From positions 32,001 through 96,000 of the IMG/VR virus record IMGVR_UViG_3300010354_000045: DNA of 64,000 nt, one strand, 5' to 3'. This document shows, one piece after another, positions 38,101 through 48,958 of the stretch. This DNA comes from a virus. The notes beneath the pieces are model-generated. The model had not been told where the DNA came from. It ran no database searches and saw only the letters and a list, made by a program, of their open reading frames with translations. The number at the start of each line of letters is the position of its first letter. The first letter of the stretch is position 1. The position numbers and the translations under genes are program-made.

Positions 38101-41100
38101 AAAGATTTATAAAGATACAACATTAGTAACACCGCGTTGGATGATACAAGGCCATGACGGAAGCCAGGTGCTAGCTTATGGGAATTATGATCAGGGTGGT
38201 CTACCTGATTTTAGAGATGCTTTAATTTTAGAATTAGAAAAACGTATTTTTAATAACATTAAAGTTAATTACGATTCTAAAATATTTGATATCTTTGATA
38301 TTATTCCAAGTTATAACAGACAGACAGAATATTCCTTAGAAGAATTTAATGAAATTCTAGCACCTAGTTTTTATAAATGGACAACGTTAATAGACAGAGA
38401 TTTTACTAAACCATTAACTTTTGATAGAAATAATCCACAGACTTTTAATTATAAAGGTCACGTCGCACCTGACGGCAGAGTAGTTCCAGGATACTGGAGA
38501 GGAATTTATAGGTGGATTTATGACACCGATCGCCCAAATCTTTGTCCATGGGAAATGCTAGGTTTTACATTAGAACCAAGTTGGTGGATTGATCAGTACG
38601 GGCCTGCTCCGTATACTAAAGACAATCTAATTATGTGGCAGGATATTTCAGAAGGTATTGTTAGAGAACCCGGTAAACCTGAGATACGACTTACAAAATT
38701 TGCCAAACCATTTTTAATGAAGCATATTCCGGCGGATGAAAATGGATTGTTGTTGAGTCCGATTATTTCAGGAGTTGCTCAGGGAATAATATCTCAATCT
38801 ACAGGAGGCGATTTTATATTTGGTGATGTTAGCCCTATCGAAGGAGCGTGGAGAAGAAGTAGTCATTATCCGTTTAGTGTTCTAATAACATCATTGCTAA
38901 TGTTTCCATCAAAAGTATTTGGAGCATTACTAGATAGATCTAGAGTAGTTAGGAATAAAACTAATCAGTTAGTTTATTCAGAAACTCAGTTAAGAATAAC
39001 ACCAAAGAGTGTAGTATTACCTAATATCTATTCTAGTGATAAGAGGTTGCAAACTTCGGGGATTATTAACTATATTATAAATTATATTATAAGTGATAAT
39101 TTAAAATCTTATAAATCATATAGATATGATTTAGATAATATTAATTTTAATTTAAGTTATCGACTTGCAGGTTTTAGTAGTAAAGAAAAATTTAATCTTT
39201 TATTAGATTCTAGATCTCCTGCATCATCTGGCAGCGTATTTGTACCAAAAGAAAACTATAATTTAATATTAAATAGCTCGAGTCCTATTAAAAAAATAAC
39301 ATATAGTGGTGTTATAATAACAAAATTATATGACGGATTCGAAGTTAAAGGATATAGTCGAACACAACCATATTTTAAATATTATGAGTGGACTGATCCA
39401 GGATTAGAAATTAATATTGGCGGAATTTCAGAAACTTTTTCAGTCTGGACTTCGAATCAAAGATATTATCCTGGAAAAGTAGTACAGTACAATAATAGAT
39501 ATTATCGTGTTGTAGTTGATCACACATCAACCGCGTCCTTTGAATCAGAAAAATTCCAAATATTATCACAACTTCCTATCATAGGCGGTAAAACATCTTA
39601 CATCAGAAAAGGATGGGATAGGACATCTACCATAACAGTGCCTTACGGAACTAAATTTAGAACTATTCAAGAAATTGTTGATTTCTTATTAGGATACGGT
39701 GAGTGGTTAAAAGATCAAGGATTTGTTTTTGATGAGTTTAATAATAATATATCTACAATAACAAATTGGGAAACCAGTGCTAAAGAATTTTTATTCTGGA
39801 CTACTCAGAACTGGTCAGTGGGGCAAGATAAATGGAAAGAATGGTTACCAAATGCAGCAACCCCATATGAGTCTATTGTAAGATATAATGGAGATTATTA
39901 TAGAGCAATTAGGCTATCGCCACCTAGTGAAACATTTATTCAAGATGATTTTGTAAAGTTAGATGGTCTAAGCACAATCGGTAGTAGCGTTATTAGTCTT
40001 AGTCCAGCCGCCGCAAAATTAATATTTGAAACAGAATATTCTGTTGTTGATGATATTAAAAATCAATTTAATGGATATGAAATTTTTAAAGTAGATGGCA
40101 CTCCTATTGAACCTAAATTTTTAAACTCTTACAGAGAAGATAATGCTGTTAGTTATTCTCCACAAGGTGATGACGGAATTTACGGTGCAACTTTTTATCT
40201 TGTACAAAAAGAACAAGTATTATTAGTTGATAATTCTACTATGTTTAATGATACTATCTATACTTTAGAAAGTGGTTATAAACAAGACAGAATAAAAGTT
40301 TCTGGTTATGTGAGCATAAACTGGGATGGATCGTTTAATGCCCCAGGATTTATCTTTGATCAAGGAAAAATCAGTAACTGGGAGTCATGGAAAGATTATG
40401 CGCTCGGCGACATAGTAAAGTATAAAGAGTTTTATTACAGTGCATTAAAATTCTTACCAGGATCAGAAACATTTGTTTCTTCGGATTGGGTAAAATTAGA
40501 ACAGACACCTGCACCCGCATTGTTACCAAACTGGAATTATAAAGCCAGCCAATTTGAAGATTTTTACAGTCTTGATAGCGACAATTTTGACTCAGGACAA
40601 CAAAAAGTAGCTCAACATTTAATAGGATATCAAAAACGTCAATATCTTGAAAACATCATTAAAGATGATGTAAGCGAATTTAAGTTCTATCAAGGAATGA
40701 TTATTGAAAAAGGGACTCAGAATGTTCTTAATAAACTTTTTGATGTTCTAAGTGCAGAGGGTGAAGAAAGTCTAAAATTTTATGAAGAATGGGCGTTGCG
40801 TGTTGGGCAGTACGGCGCCAGCGGCTCATTTGACAATATTGAGTTTGTGTTAAATGAGGACCTGTTTAAAAATAATCCTCAAGGATTTGAATTAGTAAAA
40901 CAGATTGATAAAAACAAAGTTGATTTTGTAATTAGACAAACACCTAACGATGTCTACTTAAAACCTTTAGGGTACAACTCTAATCCATGGCCAGAATTAA
41001 AAACTTATAATTCATTTTTAAGATCTGCAGGTCATGTAAGACAAGATGAAGTTTTAATGACAGTTAAATCTTTAAACGATTTGTTGTCTTCTGATATTAC

Positions 41101-44100
41101 AAAATTTACAGACGGTGATTGTGTTTGGTGCACCTTTGATAAAGATTCTTGGAATGTTTATAGATATACAAATACAAATTATGTAGTGAAAGATGCAGTA
41201 TATAATTCTTCTCTCAAACAAGTTATATTAACCATTGACGGTGTTGTTAATCAAATAGTTGGCGATTATCTAGGAATAGATAATGTCACTGGGTTTAGCG
41301 GGTTTTACAAAGTTGAATCTGTTACTGTTAATACAATAAACTTGTCTACTACAAAATCAGTATCAATTGCCAGTCCGTTCATCGAACAAAATAAAATTAT
41401 TATTTCTAAGTTTGTATCTCAACGTGTTTCTACAATTGACAACATTGATTCTGCAATAAGTAGTAAGTTAAAAACAGGTGATTTAATATGGGCCGACGCT
41501 CACTCGTCTAATTTTTGGACCACATGGGAATACAAGGCTGTTTATAGTTCAGGAGCCTTATCTGCTCCAGAATTTACTGATAGATTAAATTTTGGTAAAA
41601 ATATTTCTGTTAATACTGCCGGAACAGTCCTTGCATCTCAAGTAAGCTCGGGGCAAGTATATGTTTTTAACAAAGCAGGTATTTCAACACCTTGGATACA
41701 AAAACAAGTATTGTCTAAAATTTATTCTGGCACTACGTCTGCAATAGACATAGCAACGGTGTTATCAATAAGTCCTCGGGGCACTTGGTTAGTTACTGGC
41801 ACACCAACAGCTAGTCAAGTTAAAACAACAACATTGGGAACATTAGTAATTGCTAGTGAAACAGGTTCTAATAATTTGCTAAACAATCACGGAGCAGTCT
41901 CAATATATCAACGAGATGTTAACGGTTTTTACACTTTAATAGCAACTGTATTAAATTCTACACCAACAGATGGTGAAAAATTTGGAAGCAGTATTGTAGT
42001 TTCGGAGGAAGTAATTTATATTGGGGCTCCTGGAACAAACAAAGTATGCAAATTAATTTATAACGGAACTAGTTGGAATTATAGCACAGTAATTTCAGGA
42101 ACAGGAACTAACTTTGGATATAAGTTGGCTCTCAGCTACGATGTATCTACATTAGCAGTATCGTCATTTAATCAAGATTCTGGAGTGGTAAGAGTTTATA
42201 AAAATGACACTTTAGAGGATACTATTAGTACTCCTAGCAGTACTTTACAAAATAAATTTGGTTTAAGTATAACATTAAATGATGACGGCTCATATATTGC
42301 AATTGCTGATCCTGAAGATGAATCAGCAAATTCTGTATTAGTCAATCAAGGTGCAGTTTTTGCATATAGATACAACACAATAACATCGTCGTACGAATTA
42401 TATCAACGGCTAGTAAATTATAATACAGAAGGTGCTCAGTTTTTTGGAACTACTATAAGTTTTATGAATAATGATAAAACTTTAGTAATTTATAGTTCTA
42501 ACGCTGACAGTAGATCCTTTACTATATTTGATGCGAATTCAACTACATTTGATTCAGAACAAACTGAATTTGTAGAAAGACAACCAGATAGTGGCAGAGT
42601 TGATATCTACGACATGTATTTGACTAAATGGGTTTACAGTGAAAGTCTAAATAATCCTGGCAATAATACTGACGGTTTTGCAGTAGGTTTTTCTGTAGCG
42701 TCAAATAATATTATTTTAGGATCTCCTTATTCAATTACACAAGGATTGATTACTGGAAAAATTTATTCATACACAAAAAATGTTGGCGACTATTCTTGGA
42801 ATAAAAAACATTACGAAATTAGTAAGCCTGACGTATCAAAAATAAAAAGAGTTTTCTTATATAATAAGCGAGAAAACAATCTTTTAGATTACTTAGATAC
42901 CGTTGATCCTAATCAAGGAAAAATACCGGGTATTGCAGAAAAAGAAATAAAATATAAAACTTTTTATGATCCTGCCATTTACTCTTTAGGAACATCTTTA
43001 GTCAACGTTGACGAAGGTGCTGCTTGGGGTAAAGAACAAGTTGGTGCCTTATGGTGGGATTTAAGATCTGCAAAATTTATAAACAGTTATGATGCTGATG
43101 TTGTTTATAGAAATAATACATGGAATACGTTAGCAGTTGGTGCAAGTGTTGATGTATATGAATGGGTACAATCTACATTAAAACCATCAGAGTGGGATAA
43201 TCAATCAGATACTGAATCTGGAATTGCTTTGGGAATTAGTGGAACGTCTCTATACGGTGATTCTGTTTATGCTACTTCTATAAAATATGACAACATAAGT
43301 AAATCTAAAAAAACAACTTATTACTATTGGGTAAAAAATAAAAAAACTGTGCCTAACACATTAGGTAGATCTATGTCGGCCAGTGATGTATCTCTTTTAA
43401 TTTCTAATCCTAGAGGACAAGGATATAGACATATTGCATTTACAGGATTAAACTCGTTTAGTTTAGTTAATGTTAAAGAATTAGTAGTAGACAAAGATAC
43501 AATATTGTCTGTAGAATATTGGACTTCAATAAAAACAGATCAAAACATACATACTCACTGGACAATCGTAAGTGAAGATACTGTTAATTTACCATCGTCA
43601 GTGGAACAAAAATGGTTTGATAGCCTTTGCGGAAAAGATTCGTATGGTAGATTAGTCCCCGATACTTCATTACCTCCTAAGTTAAAATATGGTATTGAAA
43701 ATAGACCTCGTCAGGGAATTTTTGTTAACAGATTTGAAGCATTAAAACAATTTATTGAAAAAACTAATATTGAATTACTTTCTAGACAAGTTATAGGAAA
43801 TAAAGATATTTCTCCATTAGAGGAATATGACAAAGAACCTTCGTTAGTATCAGGACATTATGATGTTTCCGTTTTAACAGATGCTGAACTTTCATTTACT
43901 AGTTTATCATCTTTTACAAAACCAGTATTATCTCCAATTATTTCTAATGGCAGAATAACTGGAATTGATATAATTTCTTCGGGTAGCGGATATGTTGTAG
44001 CACCATATTTAGATATTTTTGGATCAGGTACTGGTGCAGTAATTAGATCTAAAATTAATACAAAAGGACAGATTGTAGGCGTAGATATAATTTCTTCAGG

Positions 44101-47100
44101 CTACGGTTATAATGATTCTACTACTGTTTCTGTAAGGAATTACTCAGTTTTAGTACAGGCCGACAGTCAAACATCTAATACCTGGGCAATTTATTCGTAT
44201 GACCCTAATTCATCTTCGTGGTCAAGATCTAGATCTCAAACTTATGATGTTCGCAAATATTGGTCGTATGTAGATTGGTATGCAAATGGATATAATCAAT
44301 TTACGGCTATTGATAGATTAGTTGATAATTTTTCTAATCTAATTGATCAAGATATTAAAATTGGTGAAACAATAAAAGTTACAACTACTAATTTAGGAAC
44401 ATGGGTTTTATTAGAAAAATATGCAAATTCAAATTCAGTTGACTGGACACAATCTTATAAAATTGTAGCTCAGGAAAAAGGTACAATACAGTTTAGTAAA
44501 TCTATTTACAGCTTCGAAGGAACTACTATTGGATACGACGGCGCCGCATACGACGGAAGTATTTTTGACAATGTTGCTTCATACGAACTTAGAATTATCT
44601 TAGATACTATTAAAAATAATATTTTTATAGATGATTTAAGATCAATTTATATGAGTTTGTTCTTTTCTAATGTTCGATATGCTCTTAGTGAACAATATTA
44701 CATTGATTGGATTTTTAAAACTAGCTTTGTTAAAGCAAAACATATTGTCGGCGGATTAAAAAATTCAGTTACATATCAAAACGACAACTTAGAAAATTTT
44801 GAAGATTATATTTTAGAAACAACTCCCTATAGAACAAAAGTGAGAGAGTTTGTAAGTTTATACTCTAAAACAGATCCTAGTCAAGTTTCAGTAACTGACT
44901 TTGATTTACAACCAATTTATGATAATAATACTAAACAATTAAAATCTATCGATTCTTTTGTATCAGCTACTGGTGAAATTAATGTCAGTGATTCAAGCAT
45001 AAATTTATATCCATGGAAACATTGGTTAGATAATGTGGGTTATAAAATTACAGAATTAAAAATTGTAGACAACGGATCTGGATACTTACTGCCACCGACA
45101 GTTACTATTGTTGGGGATGCTAAGATAAAAGCAACTGCTAGAGCATTTATTGCTAACGGGAAAGTCAATAGGATAGTTCTTCTAACATTCGGTGAAGGAT
45201 ATATAAAAGCTCCAACTGTTGTTATCGACGGCGGATTATCTACTAATGGAGTTAATGCTAGAGCCGTAGCAATAATTGGAAACGGTGTTGTAAGATCTAA
45301 TTTTATTAAAATAAAGTTTGATAGAATAACAAAAAATTATTTTATTACAAATTTACAAGAAACAGAAACATTTGCAGGTACCGGCTCAAGGAAACAGTTT
45401 AACTTAAAATGGGCCCCAGACACTCGAGTAACTGTTAGTTCTGTTGTAGTAGACGGGGTTGACGTATTAAGAGATGATTATACTTTATCATCAATTAAAA
45501 TTACTACAGCTACGGGCTATACTTCATATATCGGATCAATATTATTTGAAAATGCGCCTAGCTTAGGTTCATCTATTTCTGTAACATATATTAAAGATTG
45601 GGACATGCTTAATGCAGCCGATAGGATTCAATATTATTATAATCCGACTACAGGACAACTTGGAAAAGACTTATCACAACTAATGACTGGCATTGATTAC
45701 GGTGGTGTTATAGTTAATAGTTTAGGATTTGAAACCGGTTCGGGATGGGGATCTGGCGGATTTTATACTGATAAATGGGATTCCTATGATTCCACTTTTG
45801 ATGATTATATTACAACTACATCTGCAGGGCAGTATATTTTTACGTTACCGTATACTCCTCAAATAAACACAGTATTAAATGTCTATCATGCTAAGAATAG
45901 TTCAACAACAGTAATAGCTAATGGTACTCAGAAAGAGTATACTTTTGATTATAGAATAACAAGGCCTACAGTAACAGTTAGTAAATCTACAACAACTGCC
46001 GGAACAAATACGTCAGGATCTACTACTTTAACTTTATCTAGCACGGCTGGTATAGTTGCCGGAGACCTTGTAATAATGACAGTTAATTACAACAGTGTAA
46101 ATTATACACCTATTGTTTATGGAACAACTGTTAAATCTATTACAAATAGTACACAAATTATTTTAGATCAAATTATAACTAATTATGGACCTAACCCTCT
46201 AGCACCTCAAACAACAATACCGGCTGGGACCGCAGTTACTTTCATAAGAACATTAACTAGGGGAATCAATCTAGATATATTATCTAACGGAACAGCAATT
46301 CTTAAAGATATTCCGGTCAGCGGATCGTCTGTAACTATATCAGGTCTATTAACTCCTGTAAGAATAGATGATCCATTTTACGGAACCGTAAATCAAACAA
46401 ACCCAGCCGCAGTAATGCAGTCAATTCTAGCTACTGGCACTTCTAATCAAGTTTCGATACCTCAAACATATGTTGTTGCCAACGGTGATCAAATCATTAT
46501 TAGAAAAATTACCAGCGACGGTTCAGTAAAACCAAATGAAACAGATTATGATACATCATTAACTGGCGGAGAATTAGCAGAATATAGTTCGGCAACAGGA
46601 CTTGCTGCTGACGACATTATTGTTGATGGTGATGAATTTGTATCACCAATTAACAGTTCTGCACCAGAAGAAGTAGTACCCGGGCAGGTTGTTGACAGCG
46701 TTGCTATTAAAGTTTACGATAGACCTCAATCTGCATCAGTTACTGTACTTGTTGATAACTATTTTGGCAATGGATCAAATAAAACATTTGCAATTAGCCA
46801 GACTCTTAATAGCAATCAAGCAGTATTAGTTAAAGTTGGATCTTCAATTAAAACTATTGTTGATGATTATACAGTTGATTATTCAAAGAAAGAAATTAAT
46901 TTTGTCGTAGCACCTACAGCTAATAGTAGTGTTACTATAATTTCTTTTGGATTTGCAGGGCAAAATCTGTTAGATGTAGATTATTTTGTTGCTGATGGTA
47001 TAACAACAGAATTTATAACTAAAGCCCCGTGGTTATCTAGTGTTAATTCGTTAGTATACGTTAACGGAAATCAGACAACACCTCTTTTATTTAAAACAGA

Positions 47101-48955
47101 TACAACTTATGATTCTGCAAATTTAATCGGATTAAGATTCCCAACAGCTCCGCCTGCAGGATCAGTTATCAACTACATTATCGCAAGCGGACAATCTCAA
47201 TCATTTGTAGCTACTAAGATTGAAAGGATTGCTGCAAATGGAGGAACATCGTATTTACTAACTAATCCAATTGGAAATTCAAAACCTTACGAAAGTAGCA
47301 TGATAGTTAGGGTAAACCAAGAGATACTTAAAGGTCCTGACACTAGTTACTTTACAATTAAAAATAATAGATTAAATTATCAATTAGATGTTACTAGATT
47401 TCCTCCGTTAAGCGTAGATGCAAATACAATTAAAGTTTATGCAAATGGAGAGGAGTTAGCAGTCGGTACTGATTATATTCTTGACTTACAAGGTGTTACT
47501 GTTAAGATTAATAAATCCACTTATTCGAAATATTCTGGAAAATCATTAGCTGTATCAACAAGTCAAGATAGTCAATATGAATACAATCCTTCAACTAAAA
47601 CTATTACATTTGATAATTCTTATTCTTCGTCGGATGTAGTTGAAGTAACAACATTCTATAGACATGATATATTAGAAATTGGAAGATCAAATGTTAAAGT
47701 CCAAACAAATTCAGTATTAGTGGCAGACTCGGTTGAATATTTTAATTACAGGAATGTGTTAGGCGGTGAAGTTATTTTAGATCGTCCAGTATTAAGTGAC
47801 GCATATGTATGGATAACAAAAAATAATCTATTATTAACTCCCGGGTATGATTATAAACTATTAGATAATAAACAAACTGTAAAATTAACAGTAAACCCTG
47901 TATTAAATGATGAAATTACTGTTATAACCTATAGCAGTAATATTGTAATTTCTGGAATAGCATATATGCAATTTAAAGATATGCTTAACAGGGTACATTT
48001 TAAAAGATTAAGTTTATCAAAACAAACTCAGTTATCAGCGGCATTGAATTATAATGATTTAACAATTCAATTAGTTGATGCAACAAATTTTGATACTCCA
48101 AATCCAGCTATTAATAAACCTGGTATAATTGAAATACACGGTGAAAGAATAGAATATTTTACTAAAACCGGAAATATTTTAGGACAACTTCGTAGGGGAA
48201 CTTTAGGTACAGGTACTAGAAAACAGTATCCTGCTGGTCAGTATGTACAAAATATTAGTTCGTCGGAGAATTTGCCATATACTGAAGATTTAGTTGTAGA
48301 GCAATTAACATCGGATGGCACTAACTTATTAAATATTTCTTTTGTTCCAAAAAAATCATCAGCTTCTTGGACATACGATGCGGGTTATGTTTCTTCAATA
48401 CCTTCTAATTACGGTCAAGCAGATGACATTGAAGTGTTTGTTGGAGGATATGATACTACAGCAACTTGGGAAACAAACACTCAATATGCAGTAGATTCTA
48501 TAGTTAACTATGGAAGTTATATGTACATCTGTCTAACTTCACACACAAGTTCAAATACATTTAAAGAAGACTATGCTAAATGGAAATTATTCATAGGGAA
48601 TATTCGATTACAAAAGAAACCTTACAAAATCTTTAATATCAATAACGGTCCAACAAGTCCGGCAGCAGATGTACAATTAGATGCTGATTTTGCTGTTGAT
48701 GGCACATCAACACAAATTCGATTAACCACAAAATTAACTGCTGGTGTTAAAGTTACAGTTGTAAGAAGGACTGGAAAAATTTGGGATAGTTCAACAAACA
48801 TTTTAAATGAAACAAATGCAATCGCAGAATTTTTAAAAGCTGAGCCTGGCATTTGGTATACAAATGTAGATAGAGCAGAACAAGCAACAGCATCATCGTG
48901 GGATAACACTAACGTTACGTTAGATGCTAACAATGTAACATTTGACAAAGGATAA
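35156..48955 (+). CDS. Giant baseplate wedge/virion protein (gp7 position), 4599 aa
   Basis: Follows gp6. FLP.FY.TD..KKFL and FINFQNYYWLP start; GSGY..AP modules; FG-x propeller-like repeats; Trp/Tyr CBM-like repeats. Confidence 0.65.
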   Translation: MADNVNPYEGKVSSSNFLPRFYKTDSNKKFLNATLDQLIQPGQVKKINGFVGRQNSKSTVKSDIFLNAPTSTRQNYQFEPGAVIKDDLGNTTFFKDYQDYINQLSVFGANVTNHSRLNSQEFYSWDPHIDWDKFINFQNYYWLPYGPDTIKIYGKEQEVASTYSVYVESQGDANAYIFLPDGVTRNPTIKLYRGKTYTFSINSPGNPFSFKTVRTPGNLDRYVTSGLTGVAVESGLITFNIPVNCPDILYYVSENDVDLGGTVHILSENENTYIDVNKEVLGKKTYTLKDGTKLSNGMKVSFGGNVFPVNYASGEYYVEGVGAAIKLVNDQLLNFVSSYTITKSIPFESEPYGQGAFSDTTAYAGVLDYIVINRASKDRNPWSRHNRWVHKNVIDASAKFNGKVADIDQSFRAVRPIIEFEADLRLYNFGTVSAGEVDLIDTYTKDVFSTIEGTAGYNIDGVSLAAGQRILFVADTDSFVKNKIFRVEFIDVQHLSNGSRQIHLVLEAEPEVDQTVLVKQGTINQNKTFWYNGTDWKEGQQKLAPNQPPLFDVVDQDGISFGNAETYNGTSFTGTKLFSYKVGASGITDSKLGFKLSYKNISNFGDIVFSFNLLSDTFQYKESVDVFTKSISTGYLSKLNVTNNIVYVNGWQTSDVSRSQAAVRIFKNSTLTNNFDIDIFDDINDLDDLIVKVYINGIRLDSSKWSIVNGNVYKKIVLDHDIGSNDVLSLRAFAKQPINNNGYYEIPINLQNNPLNSQLEEFTLGEVSDHVNSIVENLNDFSGVFPGESNIRDLGNITCFGTKFIQHSGPAGLSLYHITSQDNNVIRAIEKSRDDYNTFKRNFISIANSLGLDASPELQVNEILRILNKDKPKESPYYFSDMVPYTGCVKKIFTIADPRIKTYPLVTVFDLTSLSNKSVIVYLNDNQLLYGKEYDFDNQGFVVIKANMSVDDKLTVCEYETTDGSFVPETPTKLGIWPKYEPKIYKDTTLVTPRWMIQGHDGSQVLAYGNYDQGGLPDFRDALILELEKRIFNNIKVNYDSKIFDIFDIIPSYNRQTEYSLEEFNEILAPSFYKWTTLIDRDFTKPLTFDRNNPQTFNYKGHVAPDGRVVPGYWRGIYRWIYDTDRPNLCPWEMLGFTLEPSWWIDQYGPAPYTKDNLIMWQDISEGIVREPGKPEIRLTKFAKPFLMKHIPADENGLLLSPIISGVAQGIISQSTGGDFIFGDVSPIEGAWRRSSHYPFSVLITSLLMFPSKVFGALLDRSRVVRNKTNQLVYSETQLRITPKSVVLPNIYSSDKRLQTSGIINYIINYIISDNLKSYKSYRYDLDNINFNLSYRLAGFSSKEKFNLLLDSRSPASSGSVFVPKENYNLILNSSSPIKKITYSGVIITKLYDGFEVKGYSRTQPYFKYYEWTDPGLEINIGGISETFSVWTSNQRYYPGKVVQYNNRYYRVVVDHTSTASFESEKFQILSQLPIIGGKTSYIRKGWDRTSTITVPYGTKFRTIQEIVDFLLGYGEWLKDQGFVFDEFNNNISTITNWETSAKEFLFWTTQNWSVGQDKWKEWLPNAATPYESIVRYNGDYYRAIRLSPPSETFIQDDFVKLDGLSTIGSSVISLSPAAAKLIFETEYSVVDDIKNQFNGYEIFKVDGTPIEPKFLNSYREDNAVSYSPQGDDGIYGATFYLVQKEQVLLVDNSTMFNDTIYTLESGYKQDRIKVSGYVSINWDGSFNAPGFIFDQGKISNWESWKDYALGDIVKYKEFYYSALKFLPGSETFVSSDWVKLEQTPAPALLPNWNYKASQFEDFYSLDSDNFDSGQQKVAQHLIGYQKRQYLENIIKDDVSEFKFYQGMIIEKGTQNVLNKLFDVLSAEGEESLKFYEEWALRVGQYGASGSFDNIEFVLNEDLFKNNPQGFELVKQIDKNKVDFVIRQTPNDVYLKPLGYNSNPWPELKTYNSFLRSAGHVRQDEVLMTVKSLNDLLSSDITKFTDGDCVWCTFDKDSWNVYRYTNTNYVVKDAVYNSSLKQVILTIDGVVNQIVGDYLGIDNVTGFSGFYKVESVTVNTINLSTTKSVSIASPFIEQNKIIISKFVSQRVSTIDNIDSAISSKLKTGDLIWADAHSSNFWTTWEYKAVYSSGALSAPEFTDRLNFGKNISVNTAGTVLASQVSSGQVYVFNKAGISTPWIQKQVLSKIYSGTTSAIDIATVLSISPRGTWLVTGTPTASQVKTTTLGTLVIASETGSNNLLNNHGAVSIYQRDVNGFYTLIATVLNSTPTDGEKFGSSIVVSEEVIYIGAPGTNKVCKLIYNGTSWNYSTVISGTGTNFGYKLALSYDVSTLAVSSFNQDSGVVRVYKNDTLEDTISTPSSTLQNKFGLSITLNDDGSYIAIADPEDESANSVLVNQGAVFAYRYNTITSSYELYQRLVNYNTEGAQFFGTTISFMNNDKTLVIYSSNADSRSFTIFDANSTTFDSEQTEFVERQPDSGRVDIYDMYLTKWVYSESLNNPGNNTDGFAVGFSVASNNIILGSPYSITQGLITGKIYSYTKNVGDYSWNKKHYEISKPDVSKIKRVFLYNKRENNLLDYLDTVDPNQGKIPGIAEKEIKYKTFYDPAIYSLGTSLVNVDEGAAWGKEQVGALWWDLRSAKFINSYDADVVYRNNTWNTLAVGASVDVYEWVQSTLKPSEWDNQSDTESGIALGISGTSLYGDSVYATSIKYDNISKSKKTTYYYWVKNKKTVPNTLGRSMSASDVSLLISNPRGQGYRHIAFTGLNSFSLVNVKELVVDKDTILSVEYWTSIKTDQNIHTHWTIVSEDTVNLPSSVEQKWFDSLCGKDSYGRLVPDTSLPPKLKYGIENRPRQGIFVNRFEALKQFIEKTNIELLSRQVIGNKDISPLEEYDKEPSLVSGHYDVSVLTDAELSFTSLSSFTKPVLSPIISNGRITGIDIISSGSGYVVAPYLDIFGSGTGAVIRSKINTKGQIVGVDIISSGYGYNDSTTVSVRNYSVLVQADSQTSNTWAIYSYDPNSSSWSRSRSQTYDVRKYWSYVDWYANGYNQFTAIDRLVDNFSNLIDQDIKIGETIKVTTTNLGTWVLLEKYANSNSVDWTQSYKIVAQEKGTIQFSKSIYSFEGTTIGYDGAAYDGSIFDNVASYELRIILDTIKNNIFIDDLRSIYMSLFFSNVRYALSEQYYIDWIFKTSFVKAKHIVGGLKNSVTYQNDNLENFEDYILETTPYRTKVREFVSLYSKTDPSQVSVTDFDLQPIYDNNTKQLKSIDSFVSATGEINVSDSSINLYPWKHWLDNVGYKITELKIVDNGSGYLLPPTVTIVGDAKIKATARAFIANGKVNRIVLLTFGEGYIKAPTVVIDGGLSTNGVNARAVAIIGNGVVRSNFIKIKFDRITKNYFITNLQETETFAGTGSRKQFNLKWAPDTRVTVSSVVVDGVDVLRDDYTLSSIKITTATGYTSYIGSILFENAPSLGSSISVTYIKDWDMLNAADRIQYYYNPTTGQLGKDLSQLMTGIDYGGVIVNSLGFETGSGWGSGGFYTDKWDSYDSTFDDYITTTSAGQYIFTLPYTPQINTVLNVYHAKNSSTTVIANGTQKEYTFDYRITRPTVTVSKSTTTAGTNTSGSTTLTLSSTAGIVAGDLVIMTVNYNSVNYTPIVYGTTVKSITNSTQIILDQIITNYGPNPLAPQTTIPAGTAVTFIRTLTRGINLDILSNGTAILKDIPVSGSSVTISGLLTPVRIDDPFYGTVNQTNPAAVMQSILATGTSNQVSIPQTYVVANGDQIIIRKITSDGSVKPNETDYDTSLTGGELAEYSSATGLAADDIIVDGDEFVSPINSSAPEEVVPGQVVDSVAIKVYDRPQSASVTVLVDNYFGNGSNKTFAISQTLNSNQAVLVKVGSSIKTIVDDYTVDYSKKEINFVVAPTANSSVTIISFGFAGQNLLDVDYFVADGITTEFITKAPWLSSVNSLVYVNGNQTTPLLFKTDTTYDSANLIGLRFPTAPPAGSVINYIIASGQSQSFVATKIERIAANGGTSYLLTNPIGNSKPYESSMIVRVNQEILKGPDTSYFTIKNNRLNYQLDVTRFPPLSVDANTIKVYANGEELAVGTDYILDLQGVTVKINKSTYSKYSGKSLAVSTSQDSQYEYNPSTKTITFDNSYSSSDVVEVTTFYRHDILEIGRSNVKVQTNSVLVADSVEYFNYRNVLGGEVILDRPVLSDAYVWITKNNLLLTPGYDYKLLDNKQTVKLTVNPVLNDEITVITYSSNIVISGIAYMQFKDMLNRVHFKRLSLSKQTQLSAALNYNDLTIQLVDATNFDTPNPAINKPGIIEIHGERIEYFTKTGNILGQLRRGTLGTGTRKQYPAGQYVQNISSSENLPYTEDLVVEQLTSDGTNLLNISFVPKKSSASWTYDAGYVSSIPSNYGQADDIEVFVGGYDTTATWETNTQYAVDSIVNYGSYMYICLTSHTSSNTFKEDYAKWKLFIGNIRLQKKPYKIFNINNGPTSPAADVQLDADFAVDGTSTQIRLTTKLTAGVKVTVVRRTGKIWDSSTNILNETNAIAEFLKAEPGIWYTNVDRAEQATASSWDNTNVTLDANNVTFDKG

Positions 48956-48958
48956 AAA

